Assembly: GCF_025273655.1 (NCBI RefSeq)
Contig: NZ_CP045921.1
Coordinates: 180,001 to 212,000, forward strand
Source of the DNA: Candidatus Saccharimonadota bacterium
GTDB lineage: Bacteria; Patescibacteriota; Saccharimonadia; Saccharimonadales; Saccharimonadaceae
Reading direction: 5' to 3'
DNA: 32,000 nt
The notes under the pieces are model-generated. The model saw only the letters and a program-made list of their open reading frames with translations, was not told where the DNA came from and made no database searches. Shown piece by piece: positions 15,273-23,593 of this stretch. Every line of letters begins with the position of its first letter. The stretch's first letter is position 1. Position numbers and translations under genes: made by a program.

Positions 15273-15619
15273 GTGATCTAGAGGCTGAGAAGCAATTACG
15301 AGACAGGGTGTATGAACTTATGTCCGAGCTACCATTAGGGAAGGTGACCACGTATGGCGATTTGGCGGCGATGGCGGGCAGTCCGCGTGCGGCACGGATT
15401 GTGGGCGGGATTGCTCATACAGGACCAGCAGAGCTTCCGTGGCATCGTCTCGTGAATGCGCAGGGCGGCTTGGCTATTGGGTTTCCTGGCGGTCAGGACG
15501 TGCAGCGTCAACTTTTGCTCCAAGATGGCATAGAGTGCGATGAGCAGTGGCATATCAAAGAGTTTGGAGAACGGCGATGGCGACCGAGTTGGAACGAGCA
15601 GAACCTCCGCTTGTTGTAA
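15269..15619 (+). CDS. Alkyltransferase-like (ATL) protein, MGMT DNA-binding domain without the Cys acceptor
   Basis: GKVTTYGDLAAMAG...AARIVG...LPWHRLVN: Trp replaces Cys in the PCHRV motif. TTG start overlapping the upstream stop (TTGA). Confidence 0.7.
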   Translation: MSDLEAEKQLRDRVYELMSELPLGKVTTYGDLAAMAGSPRAARIVGGIAHTGPAELPWHRLVNAQGGLAIGFPGGQDVQRQLLLQDGIECDEQWHIKEFGERRWRPSWNEQNLRLL

Positions 15620-16470
15620 TTACTGGGCCGACGGCAAGCGGTAAGACCTCGCTGGTAATCGCTCTAGCTGGGCGGTTCGGCGGTGAAATCATCTGTGCAG
15701 ATAGTCGTACGGTGTACCGTGATATGGATATTGGCACGGCCAAGCCGACCGCAGCAGAGCGTACGCGTGTGCCGCATTGGGGGCTCGATCTTGTCGTGCC
15801 TGGCGATCGATTCACAGCGGCTGATTTCAAGCACTATGCTGAGAGTAAGATAGAGGAAATTCGTGCGCGTGGCCATGTGCCATTCCTGGTCGGCGGCACG
15901 GGATTGTACATAGACGGTGTAGTGTTTGACTATCGGTTTGGCGCGGATGTTGATGAAGGTCTACGCCAGCTGTTGGACAGCATGAGCGTAGATGAATTAC
16001 AAAACTATTGCAATAAAAACAACATAGAGTTACCAGAAAACTCACAAAATAGACGCTACTTGGTGCGGTCAATTGAGCGGCGAGGTAGTAACCATAAGCG
16101 TAATACTGAACCACTGCCAAATTCAATAATTGTAGGAATTACTACGAATAGAGAATTGCTTCGAACAAGAATTGAGCACAGGTCTGAACAATTGTTTGAC
16201 GATGGTGTTGTGGAGGAGGCAATAATGTTGGGCAAAAAATATGGCTGGAATAACGAAGCGATGACGGGAAATGTCTATCCACTTGTCAGGCAATATCTTG
16301 AGGGTGGATTATCGATGCATGAAGTGCAACAGAAATTTGTAACACTCGACTGGCGCCTAGCCAAACGCCAGCTGACCTGGCTACGACGTAATAAGTATAT
16401 CCAGTGGAAAACACTCGAAGAAGCTGAACACTATTTGTCCGACATACTCGCACGCATGGCTACTTCGTGA
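15577..16470 (+). CDS. miaA: tRNA dimethylallyltransferase
   Basis: VITGPTASGKTSLVIALAGRFGGEIICADSRTVYRDMDIGTAKPT. ATG 15577 has GGAGA 6 nt upstream; overlaps the ATL gene by 43 nt. Confidence 0.9.
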   Translation: MATELERAEPPLVVITGPTASGKTSLVIALAGRFGGEIICADSRTVYRDMDIGTAKPTAAERTRVPHWGLDLVVPGDRFTAADFKHYAESKIEEIRARGHVPFLVGGTGLYIDGVVFDYRFGADVDEGLRQLLDSMSVDELQNYCNKNNIELPENSQNRRYLVRSIERRGSNHKRNTEPLPNSIIVGITTNRELLRTRIEHRSEQLFDDGVVEEAIMLGKKYGWNNEAMTGNVYPLVRQYLEGGLSMHEVQQKFVTLDWRLAKRQLTWLRRNKYIQWKTLEEAEHYLSDILARMATS

Positions 16471-16506
16471 TATCATGAATAAGTACAAAATCACAGAGAG
16501 ACGAAC

Positions 16507-17106
16507 ATGATTGACGCGCTATTTGGTTCAAAAACGAGGGTAAAGCTCCTGCATCTATTCCTGAATAATCCAGGCAAGTCTTTTTATGTGCGTGAGATCA
16601 CCCGACTGATAGATGAGCAGATTAACTCGGTGCGTCGCGAGCTGTCAAATATGATGGGCGTGGGTATTATCACGAGCCAGACAGACGACAACAAACTATA
16701 CTACGAAGTGAACCAACGCTATGAGTACTATGTGCCGCTTCGTGCAATCTTCGCCGATGAGCCAGTGGAAGCCAAGGCAGCTGCGGTCAAACAACCAGCT
16801 GCGCGCCAGGCATGGACACTGGCGTTTGAGCAATTGCCAGGTGTTAGGCTTGTCGTCACTGCTGGCGTACTCGTGCGCGGCTCGGCGAGCGGCATAGACA
16901 TATTGGTAATAGGTGATACACCTCCAGCCAAGGTGAAGGCGGTTGTGAAGGCGGCCGAAAAGGCGGAGGGTCGCGAGCTTAACTACACGACTATGCCGTA
17001 CGAAGAGTTCTATTATCGCTTGAGCGTTCGTGATAAATTTGTAACAGAGATCATCAACGGCAAGCACGCTGTGCTAGTAGATACCGATAAATTACTGAAC
17101 AACTAG
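16507..17106 (+). CDS. Winged-helix (ArsR-like) DNA-binding protein with C-terminal nucleotidyltransferase-like domain
   Basis: LFGSKTRVKLLHLFLNNPGKSFYVREITRLIDEQINSVRRELSNM wHTH pattern; C-terminal assignment is tentative. Confidence 0.55.
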   Translation: MIDALFGSKTRVKLLHLFLNNPGKSFYVREITRLIDEQINSVRRELSNMMGVGIITSQTDDNKLYYEVNQRYEYYVPLRAIFADEPVEAKAAAVKQPAARQAWTLAFEQLPGVRLVVTAGVLVRGSASGIDILVIGDTPPAKVKAVVKAAEKAEGRELNYTTMPYEEFYYRLSVRDKFVTEIINGKHAVLVDTDKLLNN

Positions 17107-17111
17107 GAGGA

Positions 17112-17753
17112 ATGATGTTTGAAATAGAATATAAAGGTGGTAGCACAGTAGTACTGTCAACGAAAAACACGACAGTAGTGGCAGATCCAAAGACGTCACT
17201 CGTAGGGCTCAAGGACACTAATACCAAAGATGCTATCGAACTTGGTACTGAAGTGCGTTTTCTAGTGAACAACCCCGATGCCAAGCTAGTGATAGAGGGG
17301 CCGGGTGAATACGAAATTGGTGATTTCTCGCTTAGTGGCGTGCCTGCTCAGCGCCACATCGACACCGAAGATCAGGAAAAGTTGGCAACAGTTTACCGTA
17401 TTGGTGTCGGAGAAGTGCATATTGCATTGTTGGGCAATATCGCTCCGAAGTTGACCGAAGACGAACTTGAGGCAATTGGCGTAATAGATATCCTAGTACT
17501 GCCTGTTGGCGGTGGTGGCTACACGCTTGATGCAACAAGTGCTGCGACGATTGTGCGCCAGATCGAGCCGAAGGTTGTGATTCCTGTGCATTACGCCGAT
17601 AGCGCGCTTACGTATGAAGTGCCGCAAGACACACTCGATACATTTACGAAAGAGCTTGGTGCTCCTGTCGAAGAAGGTGGTAGCAAATACAAAGTGAAAT
17701 CCGCTGGTGCTATTCCACAGTCCTTGACTGTGATTACGCTCGCTCGTAGCTAG
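17112..17753 (+). CDS. MBL-fold (Lactamase_B_3-like) protein lacking an obvious HxHxDH motif
   Basis: DILVLPVGGGGYTLDATSAATIVRQIEPKVVIPVHY resembles UPF0173/MBL-fold proteins. AGGAGG SD; the second ATG (17115) has better spacing. Confidence 0.5.
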   Translation: MMFEIEYKGGSTVVLSTKNTTVVADPKTSLVGLKDTNTKDAIELGTEVRFLVNNPDAKLVIEGPGEYEIGDFSLSGVPAQRHIDTEDQEKLATVYRIGVGEVHIALLGNIAPKLTEDELEAIGVIDILVLPVGGGGYTLDATSAATIVRQIEPKVVIPVHYADSALTYEVPQDTLDTFTKELGAPVEEGGSKYKVKSAGAIPQSLTVITLARS

Positions 17754-17772
17754 TCTAGCTGTCACACTACAA

Positions 17773-17803
17773 AAATCCCCCGCTTATAGAAGGCGGGGGA
17801 TTT
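17773..17803. terminator. Bidirectional intrinsic terminator
   Basis: AAATCCCCCGC/GCGGGGGATTT 11-bp stem flanked by A-run and T-run, between convergent genes. Confidence 0.75.
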
Positions 17804-17822
17804 CTTGTATGCTGACCAGTGT

Positions 17823-18053
17823 TTACTTAACCGGTGAGGCCAGGACGGCTTTGCCGCTTTTTGGCAGGACGCCTTTTTTCTTCAGTGTGCGAATCGCCTG
17901 AGTGCTCAGGGTCATGGTAACTTTCTGGCCGTCTACTACGAAGGTCTTCTTCTGGAGGTTTGGCTTGAAAGTACGCTTGGTGCGACGCAAAGAGAAGCTG
18001 ACGTTGTGTCCGTGCTGTGCGCGTTTACCTGTGAGGTCACATCGTGATGCCAT
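17823..18053 (-). CDS. rpmB: 50S ribosomal protein L28
   Basis: MASRCDLTGKRAQHGHNVSFSLRRTKRTFKPNLQKK. Confidence 0.9.
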   Translation of the reverse strand: MASRCDLTGKRAQHGHNVSFSLRRTKRTFKPNLQKKTFVVDGQKVTMTLSTQAIRTLKKKGVLPKSGKAVLASPVK

Positions 18054-18139
18054 AATCTGTTACTTCCACTTATTATTTAATCAATCTGTACCATTGTAGC
18101 CTATAGGGGTCAAAACGTCAAGACGGGGTGCGAGTGGGG

Positions 18140-18145
18140 TATAAT
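18140..18145 (+). promoter_or_regulatory. -10 box TATAAT 7 nt upstream of ATG 18153 (leaderless-type arrangement)
   Basis: TGGGGTATAATAG, the same 13-mer as in front of the xer gene (minus strand, around 1349..1354). Confidence 0.4.
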
Positions 18146-18152
18146 AGAGGGA

Positions 18153-18809
18153 ATGGAAAGTATTGTGATGACAATTGCTATTACTATCGGTGTAGTACTG
18201 GTGTCTATGACTGTGCATGAGGCAATGCATGGATTTGTGGCGTACTGGCTTGGTGATGATACTGCGAAAGATGAGGGGCGTCTGACGCTGAACCCAATCA
18301 AGCACATCGATCCTTTTTTGACGATTTTACTACCTGTCATGCTGGCGATTGTAGGCGGTCCCATATTTGGCGGGGCTAAGCCAGTGCCGTTTAATCCGAA
18401 TAGGGTGCGATACGACGAATGGGGGGCGGCATTGGTAGCGCTGGCTGGACCACTGACTAATCTCCTAATTGCTTTTGTATCATTTGGACTCATGGTGGCT
18501 CTGGGGTATGGTCAAGTGAATGCGCTGATGCTTGGTGGCGGTATCGTAGGTACAATCCTGCAGTATTTTGTGTTCATTAACCTTGGTTTCTTCGTATTTA
18601 ATATGTTGCCGATTCCACCGCTAGACGGATCACGGGTGCTCTATGCATTGGCACCCGACTTTGTGCGGCGCGGTATGGAGGCTATCGAACAAGCTGGACT
18701 ACTGGTTGTGTTTGCACTTGTGTTGCTTGCCGGGTCGTTACTTGGTCAGGTTATGCAGGCCCTTATGCAGTTTATCTTGCAGGGCTTTGCGGCTGTCTAC
18801 GGCGTTTGA
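18153..18809 (+). CDS. Site-2 protease family (peptidase M50) membrane metalloprotease
   Basis: HEAMHGFVAYWLGD (HExxH) in a TM helix; multiple TM segments; NMLPIPPLDG motif. Confidence 0.85.
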   Translation: MESIVMTIAITIGVVLVSMTVHEAMHGFVAYWLGDDTAKDEGRLTLNPIKHIDPFLTILLPVMLAIVGGPIFGGAKPVPFNPNRVRYDEWGAALVALAGPLTNLLIAFVSFGLMVALGYGQVNALMLGGGIVGTILQYFVFINLGFFVFNMLPIPPLDGSRVLYALAPDFVRRGMEAIEQAGLLVVFALVLLAGSLLGQVMQALMQFILQGFAAVYGV

Positions 18810-18835
18810 TTCTGTCGTATCTCTAGGTGTATAAT
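18806..18835 (+). promoter_or_regulatory. Promoter TTGATT-18 nt-TATAAT overlapping the M50 gene stop
   Basis: TTGATT 18806..18811, TATAAT 18830..18835; would start a transcript near 18842. Confidence 0.45.
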
Positions 18836-18841
18836 AAGATG

Positions 18842-18980
18842 TGTCCAGGGAATCGGCGTATATGATTTCCTAACGTCATTTGATAGGGAGTTCAACATTC
18901 TGCACCTCTGTGGAGGTGCTCTGAGAACGCCCACCTTGCACGTATGCGGGGATATATCAAGCGCCGATCCTGGGCTTTTG
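18842..18980 (+). ncRNA. Candidate structured RNA / long pre-tRNA-Pro leader (unclassified)
   Basis: 12-bp long-range closing helix (CCAGG 18845..49 + ATCGGCG 18852..58 with CGCCGAT 18962..68 + CCTGG 18969..73). Internal hairpin GCACCTC-TGTG-GAGGTGC (18902..18919). TTTT at 18976..79. No ORF. Confidence 0.3.
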
Positions 18981-18994
18981 TGTCGTCAAAATAT

Positions 18995-19070
18995 CGGGAT
19001 GTGGCGCAGTTGGTAGCGCGCACCGCTGGGGGTGGTGAGGCCGCTGGTTCGAGTCCAGTCATCCCGACCA
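18995..19070 (+). tRNA. tRNA-Pro (anticodon GGG), CCA encoded
   Basis: CGGGATG/TG/GCGC-AGTTGGTA-GCGC/CACCG-CTGGGGG-TGGTG/GCTGG-TTCGAGT-CCAGT/CATCCCG-A-CCA. Confidence 0.9.
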
Positions 19071-19086
19071 AATCATCTGCACTATG

Positions 19087-19107
19087 CATCCGGTAGCGGG
19101 TGTTTTT
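19087..19107 (+). terminator. Intrinsic terminator after tRNA-Pro
   Basis: CATCCG-GTAG-CGGGTG hairpin followed by TTTTT. Confidence 0.5.
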
Positions 19108-19143
19108 AATTTGCTATACTAGTGCAAAGGAAGGCCATTATAT

Positions 19144-20040
19144 ATGAAACAACGTACCGCTGTCCGTGCACTTGTGCGCAAACATGATCAGACATTGCTT
19201 CTGCGCCGTGCCAATGGGCGCGAGTCAATACTTGGTAAGTTCGAGCTGCCTGGTGGTAAGATAGATTATCATGAACAGCCGGAGGATGCGCTACGTCGTT
19301 ACTTGGCGAAGGATGCGGGTCTTGTGCCGCTATCTATGCAGCTGTTTGATGTGATTACCTATATAGACTCAGATGATCCTGAGCTACAATATGTGTTTAT
19401 CGTCTATCTAGTAAATGTAGAGGATGCGCGGGTGACATTGAGTGATAACTACGATAAGGCGATATGGCAAAGTAAATCTAAAATACAACATAGAGAAATC
19501 ACTGAATCATCACAAGTACTACTAGGTCTGAGTGAACAAAAAATCGTAACAGATGAGAGTGGCGAACATCAGCTGCAAATAGATGAGAATATTGCAACGG
19601 AAGATAGGATGATTTTGTATTCAGACGGTGGCTCGCGAGGCAATCCGGGCATATCAGCAGCAGCATATGTCGTGGAAAGTGCTACGGGAGATGTGATAGA
19701 GAAAGGTGGTCAATTCCTTGGCATTACCACAAGTTATCAGGCGGAATATCACGGGTTACTACTCGGACTCGAACGTGCGCTTGAGCTGGGTTATAAGAGG
19801 CTCGAATATCGCCTCGATAGTTTGATGGTAGTGAATCAGATGAAGGGTATTTACACTGTGAAAAATAGGGAGCTATGGCCAATTAACGAGCGGGTGATAG
19901 ATTTACTGACGCAGTTCGAAGATGTACGGTTTGTTCATGTGCGTCGTGAATTTAATACGCTGGCCGACGCAGAGGTAAACAGGATTCTCGATATGCACGC
20001 CAAGCCATCAGGACATAGCGAGGAAAATACGGTATACTAG
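19144..20040 (+). CDS. Fusion protein: degenerate Nudix domain (N) plus RNase HI domain (C)
   Basis: Nudix-box region GGKIDYHEQPEDALRRYLAKDAGL (REUXEE replaced by RYLAKD). C-terminal LYSDGGSRGNPG...YQAEYHGLLLGLE...RLDSLMVV...NTLADAEVN = RNase H DEDD pattern. AAGGAAGG SD and TGcTATACT at 19112..19120. Confidence 0.75.
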   Translation: MKQRTAVRALVRKHDQTLLLRRANGRESILGKFELPGGKIDYHEQPEDALRRYLAKDAGLVPLSMQLFDVITYIDSDDPELQYVFIVYLVNVEDARVTLSDNYDKAIWQSKSKIQHREITESSQVLLGLSEQKIVTDESGEHQLQIDENIATEDRMILYSDGGSRGNPGISAAAYVVESATGDVIEKGGQFLGITTSYQAEYHGLLLGLERALELGYKRLEYRLDSLMVVNQMKGIYTVKNRELWPINERVIDLLTQFEDVRFVHVRREFNTLADAEVNRILDMHAKPSGHSEENTVY

Positions 20041-20432
20041 TGGCTAGGCAGTGTGCTAGATGATCGCTTGCCGGGGAGAGCCTGGCAAGAGGAAAGTCCG
20101 GGCAGCATAGAACGGGACAGTCGCTAACGGCGACCGGGGGTGACCCTAGGGAAAGTGCCACAGAAACGATACCGCCTCGTCAAAGAGTGTTCGCCAGGTG
20201 CAAGCTCGGTGGATTACCGAGAGGTAAGGGTGAAATGAGCGAGGTAAGAGCTCGCAGCACTATATGGTGACATGTAGTGGAGGTAAACCCTGTCCGCTGC
20301 AAGGAGAACTACAGACAATAGGTTGTTCGCCGTTTGTAGTCCACAAGATCCGCTCGACTGTGTAGGCAACTGCATGGCTAGATAGATGATCGTCCTCGAC
20401 AGAACCCGGCTTATAGGCAGGCTGCCCAACCA
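20041..20432 (+). ncRNA. rnpB: RNase P RNA (bacterial type), ends approximate (+/-10 nt)
   Basis: P4 halves GAGGAAAGTCCGGGC (around 20089..20103) and ACAGAACCCGGCTTA (around 20399..20413). J18/2-like GCTAGATAGATGA. P1 candidate GCAGTGTGC (20048..56) with GCAGGCTGC (20417..25). Confidence 0.85.
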
Positions 20433-20466
20433 AAAAAACACCCGTGACACGTGGCGGGTGTTTTTT
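20432..20466. terminator. Bidirectional terminator between rnpB and rplT
   Basis: A-run, ACACCCG...CGGGTGT stem around a CACGTG core, then TTTTTT. Confidence 0.65.
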
Positions 20467-20482
20467 GGTTGTAGTGTGGTGG

Positions 20483-20824
20483 CTATTTTGCTGCTTTTGC
20501 GATAGCTTCGAATGCTTTTGGTTCGCGGACAGCCAGGTCGGCGAGAACTTTGCGGTCTAGCTCGATATTTGCCTTCTTGAGGCCAGCCATCAGCTTGCTG
20601 TAAGTTGTGCCCTGTAGGCGCGCAGCAGCGTTGATGCGGGTAATCCAAAGACCACGGAGATCACGCTTTTTGTTGCGGCGGTCGCGGTAGGCATACTGGA
20701 GCGCACGGGTGACAGCTTGTTTCGCTAGGCGGAAGCTGCGTGTGCGGTTATGTTGCATGCCTTTAGCTTGCTTCAGTATTTTTTTGTGCTTTGCGCGTGC
20801 GGTAACACCTCGTTTAACTCGCAT
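20483..20824 (-). CDS. rplT: 50S ribosomal protein L20
   Basis: [22 protein letters not shown]...[26 protein letters not shown]. Confidence 0.95.
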   Translation of the reverse strand: MRVKRGVTARAKHKKILKQAKGMQHNRTRSFRLAKQAVTRALQYAYRDRRNKKRDLRGLWITRINAAARLQGTTYSKLMAGLKKANIELDRKVLADLAVREPKAFEAIAKAAK

Positions 20825-21021
20825 TATTTGACTCCTAGGGCTCGTTTAACATTTTTGGCCATGCCACCGGTGACGACAGCTGTCGTGTTGATGGCACGTT
20901 TGCGGCTCTTGCTTTTCTTTGCAAGCAGGTGACCGCCGAACGCGCGACCACGAGTGATTTTACCGGTTCCGGTAAGCTTCACGCGTTTCGCAGTTCCTTT
21001 GTGCGTCTTTAGCTTTGGCAT
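20824..21021 (-). CDS. rpmI: 50S ribosomal protein L35
   Basis: [37 protein letters not shown]; TAATG overlaps with both neighbours. Confidence 0.9.
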   Translation of the reverse strand: MPKLKTHKGTAKRVKLTGTGKITRGRAFGGHLLAKKSKSRKRAINTTAVVTGGMAKNVKRALGVK

Positions 21022-21527
21022 TATTTACTCCTTACGGTTATGCTCAGATTGCGGCCAGCCATCTGAGGCTTTTGTTCGACAGTCGCATCATCTTCGAGTT
21101 TGGTGATGATTTGGTTGATGAGATCGTAGCCGAGTTCTTTGTGTGCCATCTCGCGACCACGAAAGAAAATCATGATTTTCACTTTGTGACCATCTTCGAG
21201 AAACTTACGAATCTTACGCAGCTTGATTTCGAGATCGTTACTGCCGATCTTGAGGCCAAGTCGCATCTGCTTAAGCTCGCTGGCTTTCGCTTTTTTGCGA
21301 TTTTTCTGTAGCTCCTTCATCTTCTGGTACTGGTATTTACCCCAGTCCACGATTTTGGCAACAGGTGGATCGGCATTTGGCGAAATTTCTACTAGGTCGA
21401 GACCTGCTTCATCCGCGAGGCGACGAGCCTCTGCGAGAGATACTACACCTAGCTGTTCACCGTCTGCACCGATAACGCGCAGTTCCTTGGCTCGGATCTG
21501 TTCGTTCACTCGAACTGATTTGTTAAT
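21021..21527 (-). CDS. infC: Translation initiation factor IF-3, probable ATT start codon
   Basis: [60 protein letters not shown]. In-frame ATT at 21525..21527 lies 7 nt after GGAG (21535..21538), and an in-frame TGA two codons upstream limits the ORF. Track start GTG 21509 is the alternative. Confidence 0.85.
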   Translation of the reverse strand: MNKSVRVNEQIRAKELRVIGADGEQLGVVSLAEARRLADEAGLDLVEISPNADPPVAKIVDWGKYQYQKMKELQKNRKKAKASELKQMRLGLKIGSNDLEIKLRKIRKFLEDGHKVKIMIFFRGREMAHKELGYDLINQIITKLEDDATVEQKPQMAGRNLSITVRSK

Positions 21528-21578
21528 CGCTCATCTCCTTGTCGATTGTTAGCGAGTAGTCGAAATTACTCGAATACC

Positions 21579-21588
21579 ATACTACCAG
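21579..21588 (-). promoter_or_regulatory. Extended -10 promoter TGgTAGTAT for the infC-rpmI-rplT operon
   Basis: Minus strand CTGGTAGTAT about 50 nt upstream of the infC start; the leader contains hairpin CGAGTA/TACTCG (21553..21572). Confidence 0.35.
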
Positions 21589-21613
21589 ATTTCAGTGGTG
21601 GATGCAAGGCTGT

Positions 21614-23128
21614 TTAGGTGAATGACTGGCGATACTGCAAGGCCTCGGCAACATGAGTGGGTTCGATCGTATCGGAGTCGGATAGGTCGGCAATAGTGCG
21701 GGCGACTTTGATGGTCTTGAAATAGCTACGCGCGCTGAGGTTGAGTGATTTGTTGGCGCGGTTGAGCACGCTGGCGGCGGCTGTGGTGAGTTGTGTCGCA
21801 ACAACAATGTTATGGCTGGAGAGTGAAGAGTTGTATTTGTCACTACGCTTGTATCTGTGGTTTTGGCGAGAAGTGGCTTTTGTGATCGATTCCAAAGCAC
21901 TAGCATGTTGTGGAAAGTGCGTAGGCGTATGGGCGAGAAATTGCTCGGTGGGTACGCGGGGAACAGTGAGAGTGAGGTCGATGCGATCTAGGAGTGGTCC
22001 AGATAGGCGCTTTTGATACCCACCGATTTGCTGGAGGCTGCAGGTACACTCTTTGCTGTCATCGCCGTAGAATCCGCACGGGCAGGGGTTCATAGTGGCG
22101 ACCATCATGAAGTCGGCCGGATACGTGAGGTGTCCCTGGGCGCGGTCAATTGATACCTGGCGATCTTCGAGCGGCTGACGGAGTGCCTCTAGTACTGAAC
22201 GAGGATACTCTGGGATTTCGTCTAGAAAAAGTACGCCGTGGTGCGCCAGGCTAATTTCGCCCGGCTTCGGCCTTGTACCACCACCGATAAGCGCACTACG
22301 ACTAGCGGTATGATGCGGGGCACGGAATGGTCTAGTGGACACGATTTCCTCGGTAGCTTCGCCGGAGAGGCTATGAAGCTTGGTGACGGCGATACGCTCG
22401 CGCGGCGTGAGCGCAGGCAAGAGGCTTGTCATCGTGCGCGCCAGGAGCGTTTTGCCGGAGCCTGGCGGTCCGTTGAGGAGGATATTATGGCGACCAGCCA
22501 CGGCAATCACGAGCGCTCGCTTGGCTTGCTCTTGACCGCTGATGGCATCAATAGCGTAGGTAGGGGATGTAGTATGGGCGGTTTCCGTAACCGAAGATGT
22601 GGCGGGAGTGACGACAAGCTCTTGTTTGAGATGGAGAAACAGCTGCTTAAGATCTCTTACGGGGATGATGTCGATACCATCTACCAAGAGGGCCTGCTCT
22701 AGATTTGCCTCTGGTATGAAAATACGAGTGAACTTGTGCACAGCGGCACACTCAACGGCGTTTATAATGCCGCGCACCGGGCGTATCGAGCCATCTAGCG
22801 CCAGTTCACCGATGAACACACTTTCATTTACCTGGGACTGCTTGAGTTGACCACTGATAGTGAGAATTGCTACGGCGATGGCCAGGTCGTAGTGCGAGCC
22901 GTCTTTTGGTAGCTCTGCTGGTGCGAGATTGATGGTGATTTTGCTATCTGGAAACTGGAGGAGTGAGTTGCTGACGGCACTGCGAACGCGCTCTTTGGCT
23001 TCGTCGATGGCTTTGTTGCCCATGCCAACGATCTGCAGGGCGGGGAGGCCGCGCTTGGAGTCACACTCTACCTCAACGAGTGACCCACTAAACCCTACTG
23101 GGGCGACGCATGTGACCTTGGCTACCAT
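21614..23128 (-). CDS. comM: YifB/ComM family Mg-chelatase-like AAA+ ATPase
   Basis: N-terminal Lon-protease-like domain, Walker A LLNGPPGSGKTLLA, GVLFLDEIPEY, C4 zinc motif NPCPCGFYGDDSKECTC. Confidence 0.9.
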   Translation of the reverse strand: MVAKVTCVAPVGFSGSLVEVECDSKRGLPALQIVGMGNKAIDEAKERVRSAVSNSLLQFPDSKITINLAPAELPKDGSHYDLAIAVAILTISGQLKQSQVNESVFIGELALDGSIRPVRGIINAVECAAVHKFTRIFIPEANLEQALLVDGIDIIPVRDLKQLFLHLKQELVVTPATSSVTETAHTTSPTYAIDAISGQEQAKRALVIAVAGRHNILLNGPPGSGKTLLARTMTSLLPALTPRERIAVTKLHSLSGEATEEIVSTRPFRAPHHTASRSALIGGGTRPKPGEISLAHHGVLFLDEIPEYPRSVLEALRQPLEDRQVSIDRAQGHLTYPADFMMVATMNPCPCGFYGDDSKECTCSLQQIGGYQKRLSGPLLDRIDLTLTVPRVPTEQFLAHTPTHFPQHASALESITKATSRQNHRYKRSDKYNSSLSSHNIVVATQLTTAAASVLNRANKSLNLSARSYFKTIKVARTIADLSDSDTIEPTHVAEALQYRQSFT

Positions 23129-23163
23129 ATGTGCTTTTCAGCATAGCATAAGCTTGGTAAATC

Positions 23164-23172
23164 TGGTATACT
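23164..23172 (+). promoter_or_regulatory. Extended -10 promoter TGgTATACT for ssrA
   Basis: Ends 14 nt upstream of the tmRNA 5' GGGGCTG. Confidence 0.4.
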
Positions 23173-23186
23173 GCAAGTATTGGTTT

Positions 23187-23580
23187 GGGGCTGACATAGC
23201 TTTCGACGATAGGAACTTAACAGGGTATTTTGCAAGTCGACCGTACACGTTACAGTACATTTTTAATTGCAAAAGATAATTTTGCTCGCGTTCAGAACGT
23301 ATTTGCTTCGGCATTTGCACCTGCACGCGTTCTTGCGTAACTAAACGCAGGCGTTCGAATTTGCTAGGTGACATCGCAAATCTCGAGTGTTATATTTATG
23401 TCGCTCGCTGCGTATAGGGAAGTGGCCTATGCGCGGGACTTTTGCCACGTAACGCTGACTAATCTTTCCGACTAGATTTTGAGTTAGGCTGTGTTATAAA
23501 ACGAATCAATCTAGCCTAAGCTTGTAGACGAATACCATGTTACCTTTCGGACCGGGGGGCAGTACCCCGCAGCTCCACCA
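23187..23580 (+). ncRNA. ssrA: tmRNA (SsrA), one-piece
   Basis: 5' GGGGCTGACATAGCTTTCGACG and 3' GGACCGGGGGGCAGTACCCCGCAGCTCCACCA (G3:U acceptor pair). Tag frame GCA 23269 to TAA 23338..23340 encodes AKDNFARVQNVFASAFAPARVLA. Confidence 0.85.
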
Positions 23581-23593
23581 TATAGAAAAAGAA

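Noticed and set aside
19952-20648. Track ORFs 19952..20161 (-) and 20214..20648 (-)
   Set aside because: They lie antisense to or within RNase P RNA (conserved GGAAAGTCCGGGC / ACAGAACCCGGCTTA) and overlap rplT. No start signals are present and the composition is odd.
22929-23374. Track ORFs 22929..23279 (+) and 23138..23374 (-)
   Set aside because: They overlap the comM 5' end and the tmRNA gene. The tmRNA features (GGGGCTG...CAGCTCCACCA, tag frame) explain the region.
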